A stretch of 64,000 bases of DNA from Promethearchaeota archaeon (GCA_048941285.1 JBHLNS010000014.1:1-64000), one strand, 5' to 3'; positions 30,671 to 41,259 are shown, counted from the first letter of the stretch. The notes: generated by a model not told the origin, from the sequence alone. Numbers and translations: made by a program.

Positions 30671-30902
30671 TCCAAACAGATATAATGATGATTGTTATAT
30701 TAATTGTATAAAAAGATAGAATTTTATAAAAACTTTTTATTATTAAATAAGAAGTATGTAAATAGTTAATCTCTTTTTTTGGTATTTGTTAATTTGTTCA
30801 AGATTATCGACTTTTTTGTTGAAATTATGAAGCTAAAAAGTATATATAATTATTCACTTTCAATAATAAAGAAAAGAAGAAAAGTTTTACTAACTTTAAG
30901 CA

Positions 30903-31619
30903 ATGAAAAAAAAGTTTGACGGTAAAATTAAAGCAATCCTTTTTGACTTAGATAATACTTTGCTAGATATTGATTTAGATAAATTTATCCCAGAATATTT
31001 AAATCTATTAGCCCAAAGCGTAGCTCATTTAATCCCACCAAAGAGATTTATTTCTAAAATATTGAAAGCTTCCAAAGCTATAGAAGAAAATAATGGTGGA
31101 AAAATAAATGAAGAAGTATATGCCGATACATTTTTCCCATTAGAGGGATATACGAGGGAAGAAATTAAACCTTTTTTCGATAAATTCTATAATCAAGAGT
31201 TTTCAAAGCTAAAACAATATACCCGAAAAAAACCTGAGGCTAGAGCTGTTGTTCAAAAAGCTTTCGATAAAGGATATGATGTTATTATTGCTACAACACC
31301 CCTACTTCCGGCAACCGCTATTGAGCAACGATTGAAATGGGCGGGCGTGGATGATTTTCCATATCGTTTAATAACAACTATAGAAAACAGCCGTGCTACT
31401 AAATCATTAACTCATTTACTTTACTACGATCAAATTTTAGATAAAATTGGATATCCTGCTGATGCTTGCTTGATGGTAGGTGATGATGATAAGGATTTAG
31501 TTGCTAAGCGATGCGGAATAAAAACCTTTCTGATTGAACAAAAAAATAAAAAATTTGGTCCTGAAATACCCGAACCCACCTATAAGGGTTCTTTATCTGA
31601 TTTAAAATCTTTACTTTAA
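30903..31619 (+). CDS. HAD-superfamily hydrolase
   Basis: FDLDNTL motif I; MVGDDDKD motif IV. Confidence 0.92.
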   Translation: MKKKFDGKIKAILFDLDNTLLDIDLDKFIPEYLNLLAQSVAHLIPPKRFISKILKASKAIEENNGGKINEEVYADTFFPLEGYTREEIKPFFDKFYNQEFSKLKQYTRKKPEARAVVQKAFDKGYDVIIATTPLLPATAIEQRLKWAGVDDFPYRLITTIENSRATKSLTHLLYYDQILDKIGYPADACLMVGDDDKDLVAKRCGIKTFLIEQKNKKFGPEIPEPTYKGSLSDLKSLL

Positions 31620-31645
31620 TAATTTCTTTTTGCATTATTCATTAG

Positions 31646-31804
31646 TCAAGTATATGCTAATTGGCTTATATTATAAATCGGTGGAGGGGAATCTTCTAAC
31701 AAAATTTTTCCAAGGCAGCTTGCGTATAAATTTATTTCTTTATTTTTTTCTTTAAAGAAACACATATACAAATTTTCATGATTAAGACATCCCTCGCACC
31801 TCAT
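31646..31804 (-). CDS. Putative small Cys-rich protein (52 aa)
   Basis: Below ORF-track cutoff: MRCEGCLNHENLYMCFFKEKNKEINLYASCLGKILLEDSPPPIYNISQLAYT, with N-terminal CxxC. Confidence 0.5.
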   Translation of the reverse strand: MRCEGCLNHENLYMCFFKEKNKEINLYASCLGKILLEDSPPPIYNISQLAYT

Positions 31805-32013
31805 AATTTATCTTAAAATCTCTCAGAAAAGAATAAAAATATTATTATTAAATACTCAATACCCTCTTATCCAAACCAAAATTTAATATTTAAAGTTCTA
31901 ATAAAAGAGAAAAGATTATATACAAAATCTATTATAATTTTCATTAATAAAAATATAATTTTTATTCTTTTACATTTGCCATTTATAGTAATATTTATTT
32001 CTGAGGGATTAAA

Positions 32014-32376
32014 ATAGCTAAAATCTTAATTGTGGATGACGATGTTGACATTGTTAACCTTTTTGACCAGTTCTTAAAATTCAAGGGGCATGAAATAGTA
32101 GCAAAAGCCTACAATGGTCAAGAAGCATTAGAATTTTGCAAAAACTCTCAAAATACTCCAGATATAATTATAATGGATGATAGAATGCCTAATAAAAATG
32201 GGATAGAAACCATAAAGGAGATTCTAATTATAAATCCTACCTGTAAAATAATTTTTGCTAGTGCTGATTATAGTGTTAGAGATCAAGCTTTAAAGGTTGG
32301 TGCAATTGATTTTTTGGAAAAACCAATAGACTTTAGCACTTTATTTAGAATGATTGAAAAATACAGTTCCCAATGA
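32014..32376 (+). CDS. Single-domain response regulator (CheY-like); start probably ATA 32014
   Basis: (M)AKILIVDDD...DIIIMDDRMP.KNG...FASAD...FLEKP. Beta-strand 1 lies upstream of the tracked GTG start; in-frame TGA at 32002. Confidence 0.88.
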   Translation: MAKILIVDDDVDIVNLFDQFLKFKGHEIVAKAYNGQEALEFCKNSQNTPDIIIMDDRMPNKNGIETIKEILIINPTCKIIFASADYSVRDQALKVGAIDFLEKPIDFSTLFRMIEKYSSQ

Positions 32377-32398
32377 GTTAAGATCTATTAATAAATGA

Positions 32399-32992
32399 TT
32401 ATTTGCCACTTGCTTCATTAAGTTCCTTATACCTAAAACAATCTATTACATGATCGTTAACCATCCCTACAGCTTGCATAAATGCATAACATATAGTTGG
32501 TCCAACAAATTTAAATCCTCTTTTCTTTAAATCTTTACTCATCTGTTCTGATTGCTCAGTCTGAGAAGGAAGATCTGACAATTCCTTGAACTTATTATCA
32601 ATTTGTTTATAATTCACAAATTTCCATAAATATTTATCAAATGAACTGAATTCTTTTTGAATATTCAATAAAGCTTTAGCATTTATAATCGTTGCTTCAA
32701 TTTTACGCCTATTCCTTATAATACCCTCATTATCCATTAATTCTTTTATCTTTTGTTCAGAATATTGTGCAATTTTATTGTAATCAAAGTTATCAAAGGC
32801 AATCCTATAATTTTCGCGTTTTTTAAGAATTGTACTCCAACTTAAGCCTGCTTGAGATCCTTCTAATATTAAGAATTCGAAAAGAAGCTGATCATCGTGA
32901 ATGGGAGTACCCCACTCAAAATCATGATAGGAAATCATTTCTCCTTCATTTCCTGCCCATTTGCATCTATTAACCATTTTATATTGCTCCAA
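32399..32992 (-). CDS. tag: DNA-3-methyladenine glycosylase I
   Basis: RCKW, YHD.EWG, LEGSQAGLSW.TILKKRE, GFKFVGPTICYAFMQAVGMVNDH...C. Confidence 0.96.
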   Translation of the reverse strand: MEQYKMVNRCKWAGNEGEMISYHDFEWGTPIHDDQLLFEFLILEGSQAGLSWSTILKKRENYRIAFDNFDYNKIAQYSEQKIKELMDNEGIIRNRRKIEATIINAKALLNIQKEFSSFDKYLWKFVNYKQIDNKFKELSDLPSQTEQSEQMSKDLKKRGFKFVGPTICYAFMQAVGMVNDHVIDCFRYKELNEASGK

Positions 32993-33185
32993 TTAATCTT
33001 TTAAAGAAAAAGATATTTTTTAATAAAAATAATTCAAACATTATTAATTAATAGACTAAGCTGTTTTTTATTAAAAAAGATAGAGATTTATTAACAGGAG
33101 AGTTTTAAAAAATCGTCTTTAATAACATGACAATTTATTCTGATTAATGAAAAAGTTAAAAGGAAAAAAATAACTATGCTAACTT

Positions 33186-33455
33186 ATGATTAGATCAGCA
33201 ATTGTTAGTCTAATTTTAATGAGTATTTTTATAGTAATAGGTATATTATTTTATTATATTGGCGTTGCGGTTATTGCGACTAATATGAGTATAATGTACT
33301 TTGTTTATGTTTCAATAATGTTTTGGGTATTAGCTATTCTTATGTTCGCTACTTTTATACATAACTTAGTTCATAAGGAATTTAAAGTAAAAAAAGCAAA
33401 CGATCTAGATCGAATATTGGATGATACTTTTAGAAAATTTGCAGATAAGGATTAA
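33186..33455 (+). CDS. Small 2-TM membrane protein
   Basis: Two hydrophobic helices with a charged tail. Confidence 0.65.
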   Translation: MIRSAIVSLILMSIFIVIGILFYYIGVAVIATNMSIMYFVYVSIMFWVLAILMFATFIHNLVHKEFKVKKANDLDRILDDTFRKFADKD

Positions 33456-33619
33456 TCTGTTTATTCTACTTTTATTTGAGGATTTATTATTAATTTAAGA
33501 GCCCAAAAAATATCCTAATTTTTCTAAAAAATTCTGTAATTAAAAAAGAATTAGTTAAAAATCTAATTCTTTAATTAATATGTGATGATATTAATAGAAT
33601 AGTACTTAGTTTCATCTAT

Positions 33620-34504
33620 TTAATAAGCCCAGGAGGCATTTTCTACGAATGCTTTTAATACTTGTGGCCATACTTCAATTGGTAAACTGTGCCCCATTCC
33701 TTCAATTATGAGTAATTCTGACCCAGGTATCGCTTCTGCAGTATCTTTACCAGCTTCAACTGGAACAAGTGGATCATTTTTTCCATGAATTACTAATGTT
33801 GGTACTTTTATTGAACCTAAAGCTGGCTTACGATTTCCCGTAGCCATAATTGCAACCATTTGACGGGCAAAACCAGGGCGATAATTTGAGCGATCATATG
33901 ATGCCTCAACCAATACACGCGCTTTATCCTCATCAAATGGGAATCCAGAACCATGAATAATTCTCATACGGCTAACACCATCTTCAATAATTGCATCCCG
34001 TCCTTCAGGCACAGGTTTTATAAGGACTTGCAAAGCTTGTGGCTTTGGTTGAGGTAAATCTGGATTCCCAGTACTGCTCATAATTGATGTAAGGGATATA
34101 ACACGAGATGAGTGTCTATAAGCAATAACTTGAGCAATCATTCCTCCCATCGAAACGCCACATATATGAGCTTTTTCAATATTTAAGGCATCTAAAAGGC
34201 CCACAGCATCATCAGCCATATCATTTAATGTATACGGCGCATCTATTTTTCCTCCGCTTTGGACTGTCATCAACAATTTCATCAAATCTGGTTCACCAGC
34301 TTCATCAAATTTGGTTGACAACCCAACATCTCGATTATCAAATCTGATTACATAAAACCCATGTTCTACGAGTTTTTCACACATTTCTACATCCCATCTG
34401 ATCATTTGCGCTCCAAGGCCCATAATTAAAAGTAATGGCTTTGAGGCAGGATCACCAAATGTATCATACTCAATTTCAATATTATTAGCTTTAGCTTTCG
34501 GCAT
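33620..34504 (-). CDS. Alpha/beta hydrolase (esterase/lipase-like)
   Basis: LLIMGLGAQ, RFDNRDVGLS, GVSMGG, HG.NDPLVP, GMGH. Confidence 0.93.
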   Translation of the reverse strand: MPKAKANNIEIEYDTFGDPASKPLLLIMGLGAQMIRWDVEMCEKLVEHGFYVIRFDNRDVGLSTKFDEAGEPDLMKLLMTVQSGGKIDAPYTLNDMADDAVGLLDALNIEKAHICGVSMGGMIAQVIAYRHSSRVISLTSIMSSTGNPDLPQPKPQALQVLIKPVPEGRDAIIEDGVSRMRIIHGSGFPFDEDKARVLVEASYDRSNYRPGFARQMVAIMATGNRKPALGSIKVPTLVIHGKNDPLVPVEAGKDTAEAIPGSELLIIEGMGHSLPIEVWPQVLKAFVENASWAY

Positions 34505-34589
34505 AATATTATTCCTTTTATTTATCTTAATTATTTAAAATTTGAATGAAAAAAAGATATAAATAAAATAATGTTTATTATTTCGAGTT

Positions 34590-35498
34590 TTAATCCGTAT
34601 GTGCAGATATTATTAAATCTGCAAATAATTTCATATCATTTAATAACATATTTAACTTGTCTTGAGATGCTCTGTCTAGTTCTCCAGATTTCATTACAAG
34701 TACAGAAATGATATATTTAAAGATATGGAGTTCAATTTCCTTACCATCTCCATCTCGGCCCCAGAATTTAGAAGAATCTGCCATAAAAATGTTCTCTCGA
34801 ACTGTATTACATGCATTAATGAAGTCTCTTAAATCCCCTCTTAATGTTAAACCGCTACTAACTCCTTGAACATTATGTACTATAACATTTCCAGAAATGT
34901 CTGCGATTATAACTTTAGCTTTAATTTCATCCAATTGTTTTTCGGCTTTTTCTACGTGGGCTTTTAATTCAGCGTATTCTGATATCAATACATCTCTGAA
35001 AACTTTTGCTAATTTGTCTTCTTCATAAATACTTGTAAGCATATAATCAAAATCATAATCCTTAAATATATCTAGGAAGAGATCTTTTGCCTTTTTCACG
35101 TTAGTATCAAGGAGTTCTTTCTGATAATCCTCAGTATCATACTTATGAAGAAATAAAAAGATCTTAGGTTTTTCATTATTTTTACGATACAAATCTAATA
35201 GATTAATGAAATAATCTTTTGCCTCTTGAAATGTTTTTGGGTCATGTAAATCAACAATAGGAATAAGTATGTCAGTTCCGCGAAAGATTTCAGGTTTTTC
35301 CATATATTCTTTCCTAAATTGTTCCTGACCTCCAAAATCAAAGATACCAACTTGAAGTCCAAGGAAAGGATGCCTTCGAGTCTCATATAAAATTGTGGGT
35401 GCTAATCCCTTTGTTTCTTCTGGGCGTTTAGCGGCAAAAGCAACTGAATAGACGCTTGTTTTACCGCAACCTGATAAGCCTACGAGTGAAATTTTCAA
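34590..35498 (-). CDS. Rag/Gtr-like GTPase with C-terminal roadblock-like domain
   Basis: GLSGCGKTS, APTI, FLG, DFGGQ, HKYD, TSI; about 110-aa C-terminal domain (VIIADISGNVI). Confidence 0.85.
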   Translation of the reverse strand: MKISLVGLSGCGKTSVYSVAFAAKRPEETKGLAPTILYETRRHPFLGLQVGIFDFGGQEQFRKEYMEKPEIFRGTDILIPIVDLHDPKTFQEAKDYFINLLDLYRKNNEKPKIFLFLHKYDTEDYQKELLDTNVKKAKDLFLDIFKDYDFDYMLTSIYEEDKLAKVFRDVLISEYAELKAHVEKAEKQLDEIKAKVIIADISGNVIVHNVQGVSSGLTLRGDLRDFINACNTVRENIFMADSSKFWGRDGDGKEIELHIFKYIISVLVMKSGELDRASQDKLNMLLNDMKLFADLIISAHTD

Positions 35499-35581
35499 CT
35501 TTCTTCTACTCCTTTATTTTTTATTGTTTTTTATAATAATTTATTTCATTTAACTTTTTTAATAAAATTTGATTTAGATTT

Positions 35582-37072
35582 TTATTCTTTTGACGCTATT
35601 TTTAAAGATCTGGAAAAAATTTTTCCAAATGCTTCAGTTGAAGCCTCAACTAATACGTTTGCGTTAATAATTTCGCCATCTGGTATATCCATAGGATATC
35701 CAATTTCAATTGTTTCAAATGGGAATAATTCTCTTATAGTTGTAATCCACGGATTTTTCTCAAAAAGTTCTTCAACTCTAACAATTCTAATTTTCAAGTC
35801 CTCTAAAACATAACCTATTGTATTAGTTAAAGATATATGCAGAATTTTGTCATCTTCATTTAAATCTTTTGAAACACTAAGAAATTTTCTTGTTCCTAAG
35901 GGGGGAGTAACTTCTACTTGTTCTTCTTCAGGTTTTGTTTCAATTCGGGGAACTTCTTTTTCTTCAGAATCTCTTACTATAAAGACCTTCCTTTTTTGTA
36001 CAGTGTATTGAGATACTTTCTTTAGTTTTGCTAAATATAATACAGCATTCAAGTTAATAGCATTAAATGGTTCTACTTTTATATAACCCTTTTTGGCAGC
36101 ATCTTCCATGATCTCGGTGCCAATACCACTTCTAGCAAATACAGTATTCTTATTTGCTCCACTACCCACTGAACCAACAGAAATGTCAGCATTTTCAGCT
36201 GTTAAATCTGTACAAAAATTACAACTTGAGGATTTAAACTTGTCTAATTGCTTAATCGTGTATGATTTTACTGGTTCTCCCTGTAGTTCATAATACAAGT
36301 GAAATTTTCCCTTATTGATATCCATTTTTTGAACTTTTGACAGATCTATCCCTTCTTTCTCGAAGAATGGATAGATAGCCTCAGGTGCAAACGAATCCAT
36401 GCAGAATAGACCAATTTTAAGTACATTACATCTCATAAAATACTTTAACATACCAGTGGGGCTATCAAACATCTTTGCAACAGCATCAATATTACACGGA
36501 GTACCAACGAACGCTATAGATCTAAAATCTTGTCTAACAGCATCCATAAGTGCTTCAACTGTTTGAGAGTGGCTATAAATAGAACCTGAAGACTTAATGG
36601 CATCGTCTTTGTTAGTAATAATTTGAGCTACCGGATGCCAAGGTTTATTTGGATCTTTCATTGTAACTACAGCAGCATCAATTAGATGTTCATCAAATAG
36701 ATAGCATAATAAACTTGTAACGGTACCTCCATCCTGCCCTCCAATTACTTCTGGGATGTTAGTATTTGCCACGTAGCCTGTTTTAAATTCTCCCATTAAT
36801 TGATATGGATCTGTGATTGTTCGTGGGCACTGATTATAGCAGATTCCACATCCAGTACATTTCCCTATTAATTTTGGTTGACCTGCTAGATCATCCCATT
36901 CTAGTACCGGACACACAGCTGCACACGTACCACACTGAGTACAGATACCAGTTCGAATGATTTCTTTTGTAAGCAATCCAAAACTGTCTTTAGCACCTTC
37001 TAACTTTTTTTGAATATATTCAAAAGAATATTCGTATGGAGTTTCGGTTTGATTAGGTTTATCTTCTGTCAT
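35582..37072 (-). CDS. FrhB-family F420-binding oxidoreductase subunit with C-terminal beta-domain extension
   Basis: 2x CxxCxxCxxxCP, QDGGTVT, VGTPC, IGLFCM, C..C.DLTAE.ADISVGSVGS; extra ~130 aa tail. Confidence 0.9.
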   Translation of the reverse strand: MTEDKPNQTETPYEYSFEYIQKKLEGAKDSFGLLTKEIIRTGICTQCGTCAAVCPVLEWDDLAGQPKLIGKCTGCGICYNQCPRTITDPYQLMGEFKTGYVANTNIPEVIGGQDGGTVTSLLCYLFDEHLIDAAVVTMKDPNKPWHPVAQIITNKDDAIKSSGSIYSHSQTVEALMDAVRQDFRSIAFVGTPCNIDAVAKMFDSPTGMLKYFMRCNVLKIGLFCMDSFAPEAIYPFFEKEGIDLSKVQKMDINKGKFHLYYELQGEPVKSYTIKQLDKFKSSSCNFCTDLTAENADISVGSVGSGANKNTVFARSGIGTEIMEDAAKKGYIKVEPFNAINLNAVLYLAKLKKVSQYTVQKRKVFIVRDSEEKEVPRIETKPEEEQVEVTPPLGTRKFLSVSKDLNEDDKILHISLTNTIGYVLEDLKIRIVRVEELFEKNPWITTIRELFPFETIEIGYPMDIPDGEIINANVLVEASTEAFGKIFSRSLKIASKE

Positions 37073-37292
37073 GATATTTTATTAAAACACTGAATTGAAT
37101 ATTAAATAATTCAAAGTTCAATTAAGTAAATAGGCTTTGTAAAAAAAATATTATCAAATTGAAAACCAATCAACTAGTCCTTTTTGAAATTTAAGTCAAA
37201 AAAAGTTAGAATTATAAAACTTATTACCTACGTTTTGCGTTTTCTGGGAACTTGCAGAAAATAATTTGACTAGTTTAGTTTATGATTTCTGA

Positions 37293-37934
37293 TTAATATT
37301 GTATTTTTTCACTCTCAGCAAGTTTAAGCGCTAACTTTCCTCTTAATTCTGCTACTTTATTAGCCCTCTTCCGAATCTCTTGTTCGACTTCTATTATTTC
37401 ATTTCTAGCGTCATTTAATTCTTTTTGCTCATTTTTATATTGAGATTGAATATATTTAAATTTCTCTTCTTTCTTTCCAGCTTTTACGGCTTTAACAAAT
37501 GCCAGTTGCTTTTTAGAAATACTTATTCTTTTTTTACCTAGATTTAATTTCTCTTTGGCTAGATCTATTCGGTCTTCAGCCATTTTTCTTTCTTGCTGTG
37601 CAATTTCTTTATGTATTTGAGCGAGTTCTTTCTGAATTTTTGCTAATTTTTCATGAAATATCGTAAATTCTTGATCATGCTTTAAAGCTTCTTCAGAAGC
37701 GCCTATTAGATGTTTTGATTTTGTCTTATGTTCAACTACTTTTCTATTTTGTTCCGCAATATCTTTTCTGATATTTGCGACCGATAGTTGACTTTGCATC
37801 AACATTTCTCTTTTCTCTGCTTTCTTTAATTCTTCTTTTGCTAATCTTTTTAATTCACTGGCAAAAGATATTTCCTTTTTGCCTATAATTGAATTTTCGT
37901 GGCCTCTTAATTCAATATCTGTTAATTTTTCCAT
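37293..37934 (-). CDS. Coiled-coil protein
   Basis: K/E/Q-rich heptads throughout; no Pro. Confidence 0.75.
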   Translation of the reverse strand: MEKLTDIELRGHENSIIGKKEISFASELKRLAKEELKKAEKREMLMQSQLSVANIRKDIAEQNRKVVEHKTKSKHLIGASEEALKHDQEFTIFHEKLAKIQKELAQIHKEIAQQERKMAEDRIDLAKEKLNLGKKRISISKKQLAFVKAVKAGKKEEKFKYIQSQYKNEQKELNDARNEIIEVEQEIRKRANKVAELRGKLALKLAESEKIQY

Positions 37935-37988
37935 ATTATTAGTTAGGGATAGCTTTTTATTTTAAAATTTCTTACAGCATAAAAAATA

Positions 37989-39587
37989 TTAAGACGTGTC
38001 TAATTCTACTCTCTCCTCAATTTTCTTAATTGCATTTGAAGCATAAATTCGTACAACTCTGTGGAAATCATTAACTCTTTTTATCAATGCATTTAGGGCT
38101 GGTTCTCTTCCAAAATTTTCTAAAAGTTTAATTAAACTTAGTTTAACTTTGTAATTTTCATTTTCTCTTGTTCCCAAAAAATCTGTGAGAAGAGCTATGT
38201 GTTTATTTAATTCTCTTGAAATATCTTGCTCAACATCATTTATTTTATACCAATTATTTTGAAAAACGTTATATATAGCATCAATAGCCACTTTTTTTAT
38301 TAACCAATAAGCTTTATCATCCTCTATGATTTTTAACAATTCTCCTAAAGGTTCAATACTTCCAATTTTCCCTAACGCAATGATTGTATTTTTTCTTACA
38401 TCTAAGTTCTTAATTCCCAGTAATTTACATAATGGCTTAACAAATTCTTCTTGACCAAGCTCACCTAAAATAAAAGCTACACTTTCTCTAATAGTGTTAT
38501 TTTCTTTATCTAAATAGTTGAATAAATGGTCGTAAGATGCATTATTATTATATTGATAAATACTTTTTATTGCATCAATAATATAGAGCTTCATATCTAA
38601 ATCTGTATATTCGAAGCTAACATCTTCAATATCTAAAACATTTAAAAGTTCTGGAATTGCTGATAAATCCCCAATTTCTCCTAATGCCTCAATTGCAGCG
38701 ATGCTTACTTCATTATAAATATTATCTAAATTAGAAATTAATAACTCTACAGCGTTATTAAGTTTAAGTTTCCCACATAACAAGATAGCATTTTTTTTAA
38801 CTATAAAATCGTCCAACAAGAGTAATTTAATAATATCCTTTTCGACTTCTTTTCCTAATATTGTTAAAATAGTAAAGGCAGACTCCATTAAGCTAGAATC
38901 ATCTTCTTTTAAAATTTGCGTAATAACATCTAATATGTGATTTTTATTCTGAATTAATCCAGATAAAACTTCGGGATATTTTGTTTTAAGGTAACTTCTA
39001 TCCTCAAAAGAAACATTTATGCTTGAGATTTCATATCCCATTAGCTTTATTAATTCAGCTTTATGTCTCTTTGAAAATTTTTTATTATTTAATGATTCTA
39101 ATAACAAACCTATTAGTTTTCCTGGTTCTAGACTTAATAATTCAATTGAAGCATATTCTCTGATCGAAATAATGTTATTATTTAATTCATTTATAAACAA
39201 CTTTATTTCAGGATTTTCAAATCTTGTTTTTCTTATTGCTTTTAGAGCAGATAATTTAACATCATTATTAACGGGTTCTTGTTGTAATACCCATTTTAAT
39301 GGTTTCAATGCTTTTTCATCTTTTATTCTGCCTAAAGCTTTTGCTGCTTCACATTTAATATCAATGGTATCATCAGAAATTAAAAGATTCTCAAATGTCT
39401 GAAAACACTCATTCTTTAATTTTATTGAATTATTACTGACTAATCCTAAATATTTAATTGCCTCTCTTCGTTTGGAATTATCTTTTTCTTTCTCAATAAT
39501 TTCAGTTAACATGTTAGCTGAATTTTCTAATCCAAACTCTTCGCTTCTCTGATAAATTTCACGAGGTTGCAATTTTACTTTTAGCAT
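37989..39587 (-). CDS. HEAT/PBS-lyase repeat protein
   Basis: Repeats such as AAKALGRI.D..AL.PL, AIEALGEIGD..AIP.L, VRKNTIIALGKIG. Confidence 0.92.
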   Translation of the reverse strand: MLKVKLQPREIYQRSEEFGLENSANMLTEIIEKEKDNSKRREAIKYLGLVSNNSIKLKNECFQTFENLLISDDTIDIKCEAAKALGRIKDEKALKPLKWVLQQEPVNNDVKLSALKAIRKTRFENPEIKLFINELNNNIISIREYASIELLSLEPGKLIGLLLESLNNKKFSKRHKAELIKLMGYEISSINVSFEDRSYLKTKYPEVLSGLIQNKNHILDVITQILKEDDSSLMESAFTILTILGKEVEKDIIKLLLLDDFIVKKNAILLCGKLKLNNAVELLISNLDNIYNEVSIAAIEALGEIGDLSAIPELLNVLDIEDVSFEYTDLDMKLYIIDAIKSIYQYNNNASYDHLFNYLDKENNTIRESVAFILGELGQEEFVKPLCKLLGIKNLDVRKNTIIALGKIGSIEPLGELLKIIEDDKAYWLIKKVAIDAIYNVFQNNWYKINDVEQDISRELNKHIALLTDFLGTRENENYKVKLSLIKLLENFGREPALNALIKRVNDFHRVVRIYASNAIKKIEERVELDTS

Positions 39588-39978
39588 ATATAGATAGTTT
39601 TAGCTTGATTTTTTTAATTCTAACTTATTACCTTGTTTAATTATCAATTATTGATCAGCAATTATAAATATATTACTCAAATCAAGCATAAAGTTAGAAA
39701 TTGTCTATCAAAAACAATAAAAATATCCAATTATAGCAAAAAAGCAACTTAAAATTACCGATTTTAAGACTATTTTTAGTTTAATTTGAATTGCCCCGAA
39801 AGTTAAATTTATCTTCTGATTTCAGCCATTGAACTATTGTTTCTCAGCGTATATCTCACATTCTCTCCATAGCTTCCATTGCATTATCAAAAAGAGTTCA
39901 AATCTAGGAGGTGTATATTTAAATATGCAATTCTCTATAATTCTACATAACCTAAATATTTTCAAATAGGAAATCTCA

Positions 39979-41259
39979 ATGAAGAAGATTATTATATGTC
40001 TATTTTTAACTGCCTTTATTTTTTTTAGCTTTAATTCAATCTCGATATTTGTAAGGGCTGATACTGATTATTGGTATAGAGTATGGGGTGGAAACGGTCA
40101 TGATGAGTGTGTAGATATCGCATTAGATTCATCAAACAACATATACCTTGGAGGAATATTTGAAATGATTAGTGATTCTGGTAGTTATAGTACATTATGT
40201 CTTGTTAAATATGATAATACCGGTATTTATCAATGGAATAAGACCATTGGCAGCTCTTATAGAGGAGGTGTAATTACAATAGATTCATTTGATAATATTT
40301 TTTTAGCAGGTGAAATTTATAATCAAAACTCTAGCACTCATGATTTCATACTTGTAAAGTATGATCCTTCCGGAAATTACCAATGGAATAAAACCTGGGA
40401 TAGTGGAAACAATGATGTTTGTTACACTATTGCATTAGATTCGCTTGAAAATATTTACCTAGCAGGATCATCTATGACTGGACCAAATAATGAAGATTTT
40501 TGTCTCATTAAATATGATAATTTAGGAAATTATCAGTGGAATAGAACTTGGGGTGGACCTTCTAATGAAATATGCTGGGCTATTGCAATAGATTCATCAG
40601 ATAGTATTTATCTTGCAGGATATACTCAAAGTTACGGAGCAGGAAGTTCTGATATGTGTTTAGTGTCCTTTAATAGTACAGGAGATTTTCAATGGTATAA
40701 AACTTGGGGAAGCTATGAAGGGGATTCTTGTCAATCAATTGTAATTGATGCTTCAGAAAATATATACTTAGCAGGAAGTAGCTACAGCGAAGGATATTCA
40801 GATTTTTCTCTCGTCAAATATGATAAATTTGGGAATTATCAATGGAATAGAACTTGGGGTGGTAAAATATTAGATGAGGACTGCAACTCTATATTAATAG
40901 ATCCATCAGAAAATCTTTACCTTGCCGGAACTAAAGGTGTCCAATATTGCGTTGTTGTATATGATACCAATGGTACTTTTCATTGGGCTAAATCATTAAA
41001 ATTTTACCAGGGAGGTATTGCAACTGGAGTAGTTAGAGATCTAAATGGTAATATTTATGTAGGGGGGTTTATCTCTAAGAATTTAGCAAGTCGAGATGAT
41101 TTCTTACTGATTAAAAATCTACAGTTATTTCCTACCCAACAAATTAGTGGATATGGCATATTTATTCTAACAATGATAATCGGGATACTCTCATTTGTAA
41201 TTCTACTAAAAAGTAACCTTTTAAAAAATAAAAAAATAAAAAATAATTTAAACAATTAA
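39979..41259 (+). CDS. Secreted SBBP-type beta-propeller protein with Loki-CTERM-like anchor
   Basis: Signal peptide; repeats WNRTWGG...IAIDSS.NIYLAG...LVKYD..G; C-terminal ISGY + TM + Lys tail. Confidence 0.88.
   Translation: MKKIIICLFLTAFIFFSFNSISIFVRADTDYWYRVWGGNGHDECVDIALDSSNNIYLGGIFEMISDSGSYSTLCLVKYDNTGIYQWNKTIGSSYRGGVITIDSFDNIFLAGEIYNQNSSTHDFILVKYDPSGNYQWNKTWDSGNNDVCYTIALDSLENIYLAGSSMTGPNNEDFCLIKYDNLGNYQWNRTWGGPSNEICWAIAIDSSDSIYLAGYTQSYGAGSSDMCLVSFNSTGDFQWYKTWGSYEGDSCQSIVIDASENIYLAGSSYSEGYSDFSLVKYDKFGNYQWNRTWGGKILDEDCNSILIDPSENLYLAGTKGVQYCVVVYDTNGTFHWAKSLKFYQGGIATGVVRDLNGNIYVGGFISKNLASRDDFLLIKNLQLFPTQQISGYGIFILTMIIGILSFVILLKSNLLKNKKIKNNLNN

Noticed and set aside
39790-39930. Slightly GC-richer intergenic stretch with minus-strand TGA-interrupted frames; possible selenoprotein or RNA gene
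   Set aside because: No recognisable family, no Cys-equivalent context, no SECIS or tRNA-like fold; at most a gene remnant.
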